DNA from: an uncultured virus (IMG/VR IMGVR_UViG_3300046747_000409)
Lineage: Duplodnaviria; Heunggongvirae; Uroviricota; Caudoviricetes
IMG/VR virus record: IMGVR_UViG_3300046747_000409
Length of the DNA stretch: 55,691 nt
Direction: 5' to 3' (one strand)
Shown here: positions 18,953 to 27,984 of the stretch, piece after piece
Layout of the letters: every line of letters starts with the position of its first letter
Numbering within the stretch: the stretch's first letter is position 1
Notes under the pieces: model-generated
The model's input: the letters and a program-made list of their open reading frames with translations, nothing else
Database searches by the model: none
What the model was told of the DNA's origin: nothing
Program-made: the position numbers and the translations under genes

Positions 18953-19419
18953 GCGAGGGCAAGATCATCAAGTACATTACCTGCAAAGACGCGAGCGCCT
19001 CCGAGCTCGACAGTGAAGTCACTGCTATGCTGGAGGAAGGCTGGGAGCTGTACGGCCCTCCGTACACCATGGCTCCTGACCGGGAAGAAGGCTCTGTCGG
19101 GAGGTATTGCCAAGCGATGGTGATGCGCTTCCCCGTCACGGTAATTACCCCAAAGGTGCACTGGCGCGCAGTCACGACCGATATATCGAAGCGAGTAGAT
19201 GATCTCCCAGAAGCTCGCAAACAAGCGTTCTACGACATGGTGCACAGCATCGAGTACGATAAGAATTTAATGGTCCGCCCCGAATCACGAGGGATGAGGT
19301 ACACGAAGCAATTCCCCTTCTTCACGGGCTCGATCGCCTTCTTCCGAGACGAAGGCGTCAACGTGGGCAGGGACGAGGGCATCAACATCTACGATTTCAA
19401 ATTCGAGAGCGTCACATGA
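18949..19419 (+). CDS. DUF1737-like domain plus possible RelE/ParE-like domain
   Basis: EVTAMLEEGWELYGPP...YCQAMV; paralog of the next gene (both start MSEG(K/R)II). Confidence 0.6.
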   Translation: MSEGKIIKYITCKDASASELDSEVTAMLEEGWELYGPPYTMAPDREEGSVGRYCQAMVMRFPVTVITPKVHWRAVTTDISKRVDDLPEARKQAFYDMVHSIEYDKNLMVRPESRGMRYTKQFPFFTGSIAFFRDEGVNVGRDEGINIYDFKFESVT

Positions 19420-19904
19420 GCGAAGGTCGCATCATTGATTACAAGGTGCTCAGTATTGACCATGCAGGCACCCTCGAACGCGTCGTTAAAGACCACATCT
19501 CCGACGGCTGGGAGCCGCACGGTCCAGGGCACTGCTGGTCATCTCCTCCACCGGAGGAGTACCGCGTACATTTCATCCAGCCGATGGTGAAGCGGGCGCC
19601 CCTTTTCATGCCCGGACCGGACGCCCCCCCGGCATCGAGACTTCGAGTGGTCACGTGGGCCGGCTCGGTGCAGGAGCAGATGGAGGGCTTGGACAGGAAA
19701 GCGCACGAGCGATTCCTTTACATGCTCGACGAGATTAAAAAATCATCGTACCAATGGGGCATGAAGAAAGACGCTCGCGGCAACTATCACTACACCGGGA
19801 ACTTCCGGTTCGGGACACTGACGATCTGGTTCACAGACGTCGCCGATGACGTTACTGTCACCGCCATCGTCTGCGCCCCTTCGATTAACGAGCACCCCGA
19901 ATGA
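19416..19904 (+). CDS. DUF1737-like domain plus possible RelE/ParE-like domain
   Basis: VKDHISDGWEPHGP...FIQPMVK; C-terminal RVVTWAGSVQEQMEGL...GTLTIWF...VTVTAI. Confidence 0.6.
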   Translation: MSEGRIIDYKVLSIDHAGTLERVVKDHISDGWEPHGPGHCWSSPPPEEYRVHFIQPMVKRAPLFMPGPDAPPASRLRVVTWAGSVQEQMEGLDRKAHERFLYMLDEIKKSSYQWGMKKDARGNYHYTGNFRFGTLTIWFTDVADDVTVTAIVCAPSINEHPE

Positions 19905-20263
19905 TCACCTTCCTCCGCGACATCTGGTCAGGTGCTTGGATCAAGCGTCAGGCCGAACCCAATCCCCCACCTCCACCAGAGACGCCCTGGTTCGGGGTGC
20001 TGATCCAGCTTCGGCGCTCCACTCCAGGCCCAATACCGCACGCCATGCTGCGCGACGCCTTGCACCAGCATCTCCACAACCGGGAGGTCGAGACCGTCAT
20101 AGCGAACATCGTGAACACGGTCATCACTGAGGTACGCATAGCCAAGCCAGAATTAATCGCAGATACCGACATGTTCCAGATCACGTACACTACTATGGCA
20201 GGCGATCAGCCGCCAGCGACGCATGTCGTCGGTCTCGCCGTCAGTAGGAAGGAACAGGCATGA
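19901..20263 (+). CDS. hypothetical protein
   Basis: ATGA-coupled ORF. Confidence 0.6.
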   Translation: MITFLRDIWSGAWIKRQAEPNPPPPPETPWFGVLIQLRRSTPGPIPHAMLRDALHQHLHNREVETVIANIVNTVITEVRIAKPELIADTDMFQITYTTMAGDQPPATHVVGLAVSRKEQA

Positions 20264-20601
20264 GAAAGCTCGACCCCTTAGAGACCAAAGTGCTCGTCGC
20301 CCTCATTATTTTCATTCCCACCTTGTTCTGGGTCATGGCCGGACCAGTATCGCGCTGGGAGCAAGCTGATCGCCTACGGGGGCGGATAGAGTTCGCTGCG
20401 ACGTACATCAATCTAGGTGATCACGTGACGTGCCCAGGCGGACTGAAGGGCGTCGTGACCGACGACAACTGGGCCGGGAAGTCGTTTGCTGCTCGGTGGC
20501 AGGGGTGCGTGTACCCGTGCAAGGTTCGCATCGACCGTGGCCCGGATGCCAATCCCCGCTTTGAGGAAGTCCCGTTCTCGTCCTCGGAGCTCTCGAAGTG
20601 A
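20260..20601 (+). CDS. membrane-anchored protein with SH3-like domain
   Basis: TM, then LGDHVTCPGGLKGVVT. Confidence 0.55.
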   Translation: MRKLDPLETKVLVALIIFIPTLFWVMAGPVSRWEQADRLRGRIEFAATYINLGDHVTCPGGLKGVVTDDNWAGKSFAARWQGCVYPCKVRIDRGPDANPRFEEVPFSSSELSK

Positions 20602-21155
20602 AGCGCGTCCTGATGATCGCCGCGGCCTACGCCGTCGGCATCCAGGGGCTCGCCAACGCCGAGTCCCCCACCCGCGCGGCGTGGGGAGTACATCCCCCCG
20701 AGTGGGTACCCCCTTCCCACTTTGCTCAACGGTACGCTGGTCCCGTGTCGACCGCTACCGACCCTTCCCTACCTGCCGTCGCAGTGGGACGTACGTGGCG
20801 CATCCCCCGCTGGGTCATGATCGGCATCCTCTCTCGGGAGACGCACTCGCGCTTGAACGACAGCGATGAGGTCGAGTACGTCGATCGTCGGCGAGGCGTC
20901 GACGGCGAGCGAGGCCCGACGCAGATCATGCGCGACACCTTCTACGAGCACGCCAAGCCCGGCGAACAGTTCTGGATGGTGGAGCATAACACGCAGCTGG
21001 CCTTGGATGTGACCGAGCGCATCTTGCTCGACCACAGGAAGAGGCTGGGCACCTGGGAGCAGGCGATCAGGGCCTACAACAAGGGCCGGGGCGGTCGCCA
21101 CTCGCAGGCAGCGGCCCAATACTACCACGACGTGCGACGTTTGGCGGATAAATGA
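20598..21155 (+). CDS. lysozyme-fold lytic transglycosylase (SLT-like) with signal peptide
   Basis: GILSRET (catalytic E), GERGPTQI, WEQAIRAYNKG. Confidence 0.75.
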   Translation: MKRVLMIAAAYAVGIQGLANAESPTRAAWGVHPPEWVPPSHFAQRYAGPVSTATDPSLPAVAVGRTWRIPRWVMIGILSRETHSRLNDSDEVEYVDRRRGVDGERGPTQIMRDTFYEHAKPGEQFWMVEHNTQLALDVTERILLDHRKRLGTWEQAIRAYNKGRGGRHSQAAAQYYHDVRRLADK

Positions 21156-21364
21156 TCCACAAGTTAGAGAGCTCGGCCAAAGGGAAAGGCAGGAGAATAC
21201 ATCTTTTCATGCACTGCGGTAAAGCTCTTGGTATCTCATGGCGCCTAACCACACCTCCGGCGGTTGATGATTCGATGCACATCCGGGAAAAGGGAGAGAA
21301 GGGCTACGACTGGGCCGTGCGCTGCTCTGTATGCTTCCCAAGCACTACGAAGGTTGAACCATGA
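21152..21364 (+). CDS. hypothetical protein
   Basis: ATGA-coupled 70-aa ORF, CSVCFP. Confidence 0.5.
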   Translation: MIHKLESSAKGKGRRIHLFMHCGKALGISWRLTTPPAVDDSMHIREKGEKGYDWAVRCSVCFPSTTKVEP

Positions 21365-21663
21365 ATCCCCTCCTCTCCTTCCTGCGCGGCCCACACGGGC
21401 GCGCCCTCTTGCAGCACGCGATCGACGCCGCCGGGCAGCACCTGATCGAAAGCATCACCAAGGCTGGCTCAGCAGGTGCAGCCTTCCAGCGCGTAGATCC
21501 GACGATCGAAGCGCAGCGGCAGCAAAACAACCGAGAACAGCAGCAACCACGTGCGCGCGCTCGGTACGTGCGAGACGTACACATCAAGGAAGCAGACGTG
21601 CTTGACGTACGTGTCGGCGAGCCGTACAAGTACGACCCTGCTACCGATCCGGACGCTCCATGA
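21361..21663 (+). CDS. hypothetical protein
   Basis: ATGA-coupled ORF. Confidence 0.55.
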   Translation: MNPLLSFLRGPHGRALLQHAIDAAGQHLIESITKAGSAGAAFQRVDPTIEAQRQQNNREQQQPRARARYVRDVHIKEADVLDVRVGEPYKYDPATDPDAP

Positions 21664-22040
21664 CCGACGACGCCGTAAAGCAAGCGTACAACGAGACGCA
21701 CTCGGCATATGTGCCGCCCACTACGCTGGTCGCCACCCACTGGATCCCGCTCGGGGTCGCGTTCGAGGACAGCGACGAGTTCCCGGACAAGAGCCCGGTC
21801 GTGGCCGCCAAGACGTTCATTCACTCGGACGATTTGTTCGCCCCGAGTGATGACGCCCGTAACGACCTGGAGGAGCACGGGGAGGTCGTGGTTGAGCTGT
21901 GCGGTTGCTACGAGACCACGGAGCTGATCCATAACGAGGACGAGCCGTTCGATGGCTACGAGCCCGGATGCACGTACTGGAAGCGCACCGACGAGCGGAA
22001 GCGCGTCCGGATCACCCTCACCGCCGTCGAGATCCCGTAA
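21660..22040 (+). CDS. hypothetical acidic protein
   Basis: ATGA-coupled ORF. Confidence 0.6.
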   Translation: MTDDAVKQAYNETHSAYVPPTTLVATHWIPLGVAFEDSDEFPDKSPVVAAKTFIHSDDLFAPSDDARNDLEEHGEVVVELCGCYETTELIHNEDEPFDGYEPGCTYWKRTDERKRVRITLTAVEIP

Positions 22041-22041
22041 T

Positions 22042-22299
22042 ATGCCCCTTGCTCAACTTCCTACCATTCCTGCCGACGCGCCAAAATTCGGCGAGATACA
22101 CAAGCACTTCAAAGGCAAATACGCCTTGGTAGTCGGAACATTCATACATTCCGAAACCGGCGAGCTTTTGGTCGGATACGATGAAGCCGATGAACCGGTT
22201 CCGCATCAGCTGACCGGGCCAGAGTTTGTACGTCCGCTGGCCATGTTCACTGACACTCACCCCTTGGGCGTGAAGCGCTTTACCAAGATCGACAAATAA
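22042..22299 (+). CDS. DUF1653-family protein
   Basis: HKHFKG..ALVVG...HSETGELLVGY...FVRPLAMF. Confidence 0.75.
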   Translation: MPLAQLPTIPADAPKFGEIHKHFKGKYALVVGTFIHSETGELLVGYDEADEPVPHQLTGPEFVRPLAMFTDTHPLGVKRFTKIDK

Positions 22300-22300
22300 C

Positions 22301-22999
22301 ATGACCTTCCGCCAATTCATCTTCGCGCCTCTCGTCTGGCTCACGTACGCCTACATGCGCCGCAACCCCATCGCCTTGTCCATGCTCGCCCAGAAGCATG
22401 CCTCGCAGTACACCGGCTATTGGACCGTGCTCCCCAAGATGCGCGCCAAGAACGTGCTGCGCGATTACGAGATCCTGTGGATGCTCTTAGAGCTGTGTGT
22501 CGCTCGTGGCGAGGGCGCGCTTGGCGTCCTGGGTGCGATCCAAGGGCTGATGGATACACGCCAAGACATCAGCTACCCGATCACTGCCGAACGCAGCCTC
22601 ATCCTGAACAACGGGGTACTGGCAGACGCCGGGGACAAGGAGTCACCCGAAGCAGGGAATAACGACTACTGGATCGGCAAGTGGATGTTCTCCGGCAAGG
22701 ACGAGTGCCTCACCTACCTCGCTGCAGCTCGGGACCGAAAGGATCTCCGAGGGGTGACCGCCAGCTGGGCCTTCAGCTCGCTCTACGATACCTGCAAGCA
22801 GTTCACGCTCGCCGCCGATCGCCTGGGCCTGAAGCCGATCGAGCAAGACCTCTCCGAGAGGATTATTGGCGCACTCAGTGAGCACCTCGGCCCCATCACG
22901 CTCAACACACCTACTTCCCCGTCCGGCTCTGGCCTGTTCGGAAACGTCGCCCTCGGCGAATCACTCAAACGCAACCCGATCAACCCCTCCGAGAACTGA
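22301..22999 (+). CDS. hypothetical protein, paralog of 12359..13207
   Basis: Shared GxxGAIxGL and GNxDY.(W) blocks. Confidence 0.65.
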   Translation: MTFRQFIFAPLVWLTYAYMRRNPIALSMLAQKHASQYTGYWTVLPKMRAKNVLRDYEILWMLLELCVARGEGALGVLGAIQGLMDTRQDISYPITAERSLILNNGVLADAGDKESPEAGNNDYWIGKWMFSGKDECLTYLAAARDRKDLRGVTASWAFSSLYDTCKQFTLAADRLGLKPIEQDLSERIIGALSEHLGPITLNTPTSPSGSGLFGNVALGESLKRNPINPSEN

Positions 23000-23002
23000 C
23001 CC

Positions 23003-23737
23003 ATGCCCGTCCTGTTTCCACCGTCCGAGCTCCAAGTCCGCGTCGAAGTCGCTTCCAACATCATGCCTCTGGTGATCGGCCTGCACGCCCCGAAGGGCAC
23101 CGGTAAAGACACCACCGCGCTGGCGATCGAGCGTCTGTTGATGTATCGGATGTGGCCAGACCTGTACGTGAGCGCCATGGCCGATCCGCTCTATGCCGCG
23201 GTGGCCGCACTGACGGACAAGCCGGTGGCATGGTTGCAGGATCAACGAAATAAGAACCGGCCGTTCACGCCCGAAGACACGCCCATCGAAACGCTGTGGG
23301 GCAAGACCCCGCGCATGCTCTTGGAGCTGATGGGCACCGAGTTCGTGCGCAACCGCATCAGCCCGAACCACTGGGTGGCGATGAAGAAGGGCAAGATCAG
23401 GAACATGCAGTTGCAGGGGACGAACGTCCACATCATCACGGACATACGCTTCGTCGAAGAGGTGCGCCTCTGCGACGCCATGATCGAGTTGCGTCGCCCA
23501 GGTGTGGAGTATGGCTCCAAGTACGACCACATCTCGACGCAGCGCCTGCCGTCGGCGTTCATCGACGATACCATCTGGCTCGATGCCGCTTCGGACGAGA
23601 CGTACCGCAACATCATCAACCGGGTGTTCACGCTCGCCGTTCCTGCTGCCCGCTTGGGGCGTGATCTGGATCTCTGGTTGCGGAATACCCGAGGTGCCGG
23701 CCTGACCGACACCCGCGTTCAACTCGCCGCCGCCTAA
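23003..23737 (+). CDS. deoxynucleoside monophosphate kinase
   Basis: IGLHAPKGTGKDTTA, ADPL, TPRMLLELMGTEFVR, IITDIRF, HIS. Confidence 0.88.
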   Translation: MPVLFPPSELQVRVEVASNIMPLVIGLHAPKGTGKDTTALAIERLLMYRMWPDLYVSAMADPLYAAVAALTDKPVAWLQDQRNKNRPFTPEDTPIETLWGKTPRMLLELMGTEFVRNRISPNHWVAMKKGKIRNMQLQGTNVHIITDIRFVEEVRLCDAMIELRRPGVEYGSKYDHISTQRLPSAFIDDTIWLDAASDETYRNIINRVFTLAVPAARLGRDLDLWLRNTRGAGLTDTRVQLAAA

Positions 23738-23757
23738 CACATCAACACGGACACACC

Positions 23758-24834
23758 ATGACCGAACAGCTCGAATCCCACCTCGATCAACAAACACAAC
23801 AAGTCAGCGTGGACTTGTTCGCATCCGAACCGACGGTAGTTGACGCACCTAAAGCGGACAAGTCGTTCAGCTTCGAGCGTGGGTACAAGGACGGCATCGC
23901 TGCGTTTGAGCACGCGGTCAAGATCGGAGGGGTTAACCCGATCAGGCCTCGTGCCCCTCACCACGTTACTATCCCATGGACAACTGATCCGGAGCTGCTC
24001 GCGCTCGCTGACAAACTTTTTAAGGTGCTGAAGAACGGCTTCGAGCTGGTGATGTCTGACGATCAGCCGCTGATCGATGCGGAACAATACCACAGCGGGT
24101 ACAAACTCGCGTGGTGTGAGGCGGGTCGTGAGCAAGGGGCTAAGGGACTGCCGCTGTGGTCGTGGGTAGATCTGCCGGCGGCTCCGGTCGCTGAAGCTGG
24201 CTCGGTGTTCGGCGAGGTACTCGAAAACAACAGGTACGACCCTCGCCGGTGGGTGGGGCCGACGGATCCACCGGAAGGCCAACTCGAACGCATCCGACTC
24301 GAACGCAATACGTTTCGGCACCAAGCAGCGTGTGAGGTCTACGAGGAGGAGTATTGGCTGTTCAAAGCTCTCGCTTACGGCCACGCCCTCGGCCTGAATG
24401 ACGCCAAGCGGAATGACGAGATGATCGCGCGCGGCGGCGTGTCCGTAGGGACGCCAGAGGAGCGCCCCGAAGAAGCGCGGCTGGTATCATACGGAGGCAG
24501 GATGTTTGCCGACGACGTAGTTAAGTTGGTGACGATTCCCGGGATGAATGTCAGCATTGAGACACACATCGGTCTCCTCTTTAACGAGTACGTCGAACCG
24601 GAAAACAGGCAGCAGTATACGGAGTTTTGCTTGGGTAACCCGTACGGCCTTCCGCGTAACCCGGTCTTACTCAGCATCGAGTGTCCCGTAACGAAAGAGC
24701 GAGTGACGTACGCCTCAGTCAAGGACACCCCGCTCGTCGACGTGCCCTGCTCCTGTGGCAAGCCCGGCTGTTTCTACGTGAAGTGGACCGACAAGCCCGC
24801 CGAGACGACTCCGGTCGAGCCGATTAACTCATGA
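23758..24834 (+). CDS. hypothetical protein with C-terminal Cys cluster
   Basis: 358-aa ORF; CP...CSCG..C. Confidence 0.65.
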   Translation: MTEQLESHLDQQTQQVSVDLFASEPTVVDAPKADKSFSFERGYKDGIAAFEHAVKIGGVNPIRPRAPHHVTIPWTTDPELLALADKLFKVLKNGFELVMSDDQPLIDAEQYHSGYKLAWCEAGREQGAKGLPLWSWVDLPAAPVAEAGSVFGEVLENNRYDPRRWVGPTDPPEGQLERIRLERNTFRHQAACEVYEEEYWLFKALAYGHALGLNDAKRNDEMIARGGVSVGTPEERPEEARLVSYGGRMFADDVVKLVTIPGMNVSIETHIGLLFNEYVEPENRQQYTEFCLGNPYGLPRNPVLLSIECPVTKERVTYASVKDTPLVDVPCSCGKPGCFYVKWTDKPAETTPVEPINS

Positions 24835-25055
24835 GCGAGTACGGCCGCCTGCGCGAGGACATCCGAGGGACGCTCAGTGTCCTCCGGCAGCGCTACCCTG
24901 GTGTCGTCCTCGGTAATCTCGCCGAGGCCAGGACGGCGCTCACTGAGGAACACAAGCGCCGCGTCGAAGCCCTCGACCTCGAACGCCAGAGCACCGCTCG
25001 TCTGCTCGCCCGATGGGAAGCAGGCGAGGCGGCCATCGCCAAGTTGCCTGAATAA
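24831..25055 (+). CDS. hypothetical protein
   Basis: ATGA-coupled 74-aa ORF. Confidence 0.55.
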   Translation: MSEYGRLREDIRGTLSVLRQRYPGVVLGNLAEARTALTEEHKRRVEALDLERQSTARLLARWEAGEAAIAKLPE

Positions 25056-25083
25056 CCAAACCCTGTTCTGAGAGGAACGACCA

Positions 25084-25509
25084 ATGACCCACACCCGTAC
25101 CGGTGAAGCCGAAATAGGCCTCGTTTTATTGATCCTGTTTTGCGTCTTCTTGGCATTTGGCGGCATCGGCGGCTGCATGTGGGTGCAACCCAACTACAGT
25201 GTCTGGTCGTCGCAGAAGAGTGGCGAGGCGAAATACGCCGAAGCTGAGAGCACCCGACGTGTCACGGTGCTGGAAGCGCAGGCTAAATTGGACAGCGCCA
25301 AGATGCTGGCTCAAGCTGAAGTGGAGCGAGCCAAAGGCGTGGCCGAGGCCAATAGGATCATCGGCACCAGCCTGCAGGGGAACGAGCTGTATCTGCACTA
25401 CTTGTGGATCAACAACCTCCACGAAGGCAAGAACGATGTGATCTACATCCCCACGGAAGCAGGCATCCCCATCATGGAGGCAGGGAAGCGCCCCTCGCCG
25501 CCGAAATAG
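25084..25509 (+). CDS. phage membrane protein with band-7/SPFH-like coiled-coil tail
   Basis: GAGGA RBS; TM; AEVERAKGVAEANRII..YL.YLWI..VIYIPTEAGIPI. Confidence 0.7.
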   Translation: MTHTRTGEAEIGLVLLILFCVFLAFGGIGGCMWVQPNYSVWSSQKSGEAKYAEAESTRRVTVLEAQAKLDSAKMLAQAEVERAKGVAEANRIIGTSLQGNELYLHYLWINNLHEGKNDVIYIPTEAGIPIMEAGKRPSPPK

Positions 25510-25562
25510 ATCATCCAAGCAAACCCGTTCCGCTCGGAACACGACCACACCCCAGAGGATTC

Positions 25563-26462
25563 ATGCCCAAGTACATCTACCGCCACGACAGTACCTATCA
25601 GGAAATGCTGCGCACCATCCTCACCGAAGGGGAGGGGCACGACGACCGCACCGGAGTCGGCACGTGCTCCATGTTTGGTTACCAGACGCGCTACAACCTG
25701 AACGACGGGTTCCCCCTGATCACGACCAAGAAGATGGCGTGGAAGTCGATGGTGAACGAGCTGGTGTGGTTCCTCAGCGGACGCACCGACAACCAGTGGC
25801 TGAACGAGCACAAGGTCACCATCTGGGACGAGTGGGCGACCGAGGCACAGTGTGCGAAGTTCGGCCGCGCCGCCGGCGATCTCGGTCCTGTGTATGGTCA
25901 TCAGTGGCGCAGGTTCGGCGAGGAGCGAGACGAGCATCGGACGTGGCGCCAGGGAGTCGACCAGCTCGCCAACCTCAGCAAGGACTTGCTCAACAACCCT
26001 GGTAGCCGCCGCCTGATCGTCACCGGGTGGGATCCACACACCTGCACCAAGGTCGCCCTGCCGCCATGCCACACGCTCTGGCAGTGCAAGGTGCGGAAAG
26101 ACCCGACGGGGAAGACCAGAGGCATCCTCGACCTGCAGCTCTACCAGCGCAGCGCCGACGCCTTCTTGGGTGTGCCCTTCAACATCGCCAGCTACGCACT
26201 GCTCACGCACCTGCTGGCACATACGCATGGGTTCACCCCTGGAGTGTTCATTCACACGTTTGGTGACCTGCACGTGTATAACAACCATCGGACGCAGGTC
26301 GCCGAGCTCTTGTCTCGGTCGCCTCTGATGTCACCCACGATCGCGATCAACGACAAGTTGCGCGACGGCGGCCTTGATGCCCTCCTGGCGTTCACGATCG
26401 AGGATGTGAGCCTGATCGGCTACGAGAGCCACCCGGCGATCAAGGCAGAGGTAGCGGTCTGA
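25563..26462 (+). CDS. thyA: thymidylate synthase
   Basis: DRTGVGT, FPLITTKK, ELVWFLSG, LGPVYGHQWR, ALPPCH, YQRSADAFLGVPFNIASY, DLHVYNNH. Confidence 0.97.
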   Translation: MPKYIYRHDSTYQEMLRTILTEGEGHDDRTGVGTCSMFGYQTRYNLNDGFPLITTKKMAWKSMVNELVWFLSGRTDNQWLNEHKVTIWDEWATEAQCAKFGRAAGDLGPVYGHQWRRFGEERDEHRTWRQGVDQLANLSKDLLNNPGSRRLIVTGWDPHTCTKVALPPCHTLWQCKVRKDPTGKTRGILDLQLYQRSADAFLGVPFNIASYALLTHLLAHTHGFTPGVFIHTFGDLHVYNNHRTQVAELLSRSPLMSPTIAINDKLRDGGLDALLAFTIEDVSLIGYESHPAIKAEVAV

Positions 26463-27001
26463 TGCGCCCGGTCACCATCATCGCGGCGATGAGCCTCAAC
26501 CGCGTCATCGGCAAGGACGGAGGCATCCCGTGGAAAGAGCCGGAGGACATGAAGTTCTTCAAGGCCATGACCATGGGGCATGTCGTCATCATGGGACGGA
26601 AGACGTGGGAATCGCTCGGGAAATGGAAGCCTCTCCCGAACCGGGTGAACATCGTCATCAGTCGGACCATGCTGACCACGACGCCGACGAGCAACCACCA
26701 CGTCGCTCGGACGTTCAGCGAGGCGCTCCAGCTCGCAGAATGCATCACCGAGGCGGACGTAGACGCCGGCGAACCTAAAACGTTCGTGATCGGCGGAGCG
26801 GAGATCTACCGGGAGGCAATGCCGGTGGCTTCCTGTGTGCTTCTGACGGTCATCAATCGTGAGGTCGAGGGCGACACGTACTTCCCTGAGCTTGGTCATG
26901 AGTGGTCGCGCGTCGACCGCCACGCGATCTACGACCCCACGCCCGAAAATCGTGAGCATTTTCGGCTCGCATTTGACACGTACGTTAGGAAGCCGTCATG
27001 A
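26462..27001 (+). CDS. folA: dihydrofolate reductase
   Basis: VIGKDGGIPW..PEDMKFFK, VIMGRKTWES, LPNRVNIVIS, VIGGAEIY, GDTYFP. Confidence 0.96.
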   Translation: MRPVTIIAAMSLNRVIGKDGGIPWKEPEDMKFFKAMTMGHVVIMGRKTWESLGKWKPLPNRVNIVISRTMLTTTPTSNHHVARTFSEALQLAECITEADVDAGEPKTFVIGGAEIYREAMPVASCVLLTVINREVEGDTYFPELGHEWSRVDRHAIYDPTPENREHFRLAFDTYVRKPS

Positions 27002-27582
27002 TCAAATACACCCCCGATGAAGTCATCATGTACAGCTCGCTGAAGGCGGCCCAGATCGTCACCGTGACCGGGTGGATGAACCGGCACGGCACCTTCTACG
27101 GCGACGACGAACACTTGGCCCGCTGGAGCGGCTCGACGCACAAGTACTGCGAAGGGTGCGACGCCGTGATCGAGATGCGTGGCTACTGCGAGCCTTGCCA
27201 TCAGAAGCACGTCCGCGAGGAGTGGCTGAAGTTCCCCTTGGTCGAGTGGGACGGCACGGGCATGTTCTGCACCCACGACTCGGACAAGTTCTTCTCGTCC
27301 ACGGAGGAGTTCTACGAGTGGTGCGCCGAGGACGACATCAACCCCGAGGACGTGATGCTGGTCGTGGCCGAGGCGCACGGGCTGAGCACGATCGACAGCG
27401 ATCACTGGTGCGACGAACTCGCGGAGGATCACGAGCCACCGCTTGAGGTGCTGGAGGCGTTGGAGGCGCTCAACAAGGTCATCCGGGCCGCGAAGCCGCA
27501 GACCTACTGGCCGTCGAAAAAGCGCATGATCCTGAAGCGCGAGGTCGTCAGCAGCGAAGACGCGGACGTCAGTAACACATGA
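26998..27582 (+). CDS. conserved phage hypothetical protein
   Basis: VTGW...G.FYGDDEHLARWSGSTH..CEGC...YCEPC. Confidence 0.65.
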   Translation: MIKYTPDEVIMYSSLKAAQIVTVTGWMNRHGTFYGDDEHLARWSGSTHKYCEGCDAVIEMRGYCEPCHQKHVREEWLKFPLVEWDGTGMFCTHDSDKFFSSTEEFYEWCAEDDINPEDVMLVVAEAHGLSTIDSDHWCDELAEDHEPPLEVLEALEALNKVIRAAKPQTYWPSKKRMILKREVVSSEDADVSNT

Positions 27583-27974
27583 AGCAGTGCAAGGCCTGCC
27601 CCTGGCGCAAGGACGTGACCCCGGAGAAGGACATCCCCGGCGGTTACTGCCCCGTCAAGCACAAGAGCCTGAAGAGCACCATCGCTGAGCCGGGAAGCAT
27701 GCGAGGCGGCGACATCCGGGCGATGGCGTGCCACGAGACCCCGGTCGGGGCCGAGCGGGTGTGCGTCGGATGGGCACACCAGCAACTCGGGGTGGGCAAC
27801 AGCATCGGCTTGCGGATGCAGGCGAGGACCGACGTGCGTCTTCAAAACCTGGAAGTCGTCGGCGAACAGCATCAGCGCTTCGAGGACACGTTGCCGAAAA
27901 AGACGCGGCGGGCGGGGAGAGATAGCACCGCTAGCACCCTGAATGCTAGCATGGACACGAGGCGGTCGACTTAA
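27579..27974 (+). CDS. Cys-rich phage protein
   Basis: CKACPWRK, MACHE, CVGW. Confidence 0.65.
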   Translation: MKQCKACPWRKDVTPEKDIPGGYCPVKHKSLKSTIAEPGSMRGGDIRAMACHETPVGAERVCVGWAHQQLGVGNSIGLRMQARTDVRLQNLEVVGEQHQRFEDTLPKKTRRAGRDSTASTLNASMDTRRST

Positions 27975-27977
27975 AAT
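27921..27977 (+). promoter_or_regulatory. putative RHH operator repeats and -10 box of the RHH-capsid fusion gene
   Basis: GATAGCAC (27921), GCTAGCAC (27930), palindrome TGCTAGCA (27944-27951); TAAAAT (27972-27977) 7 nt before ATG 27985. Confidence 0.55.
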
Positions 27978-27984
27978 GGATGCC

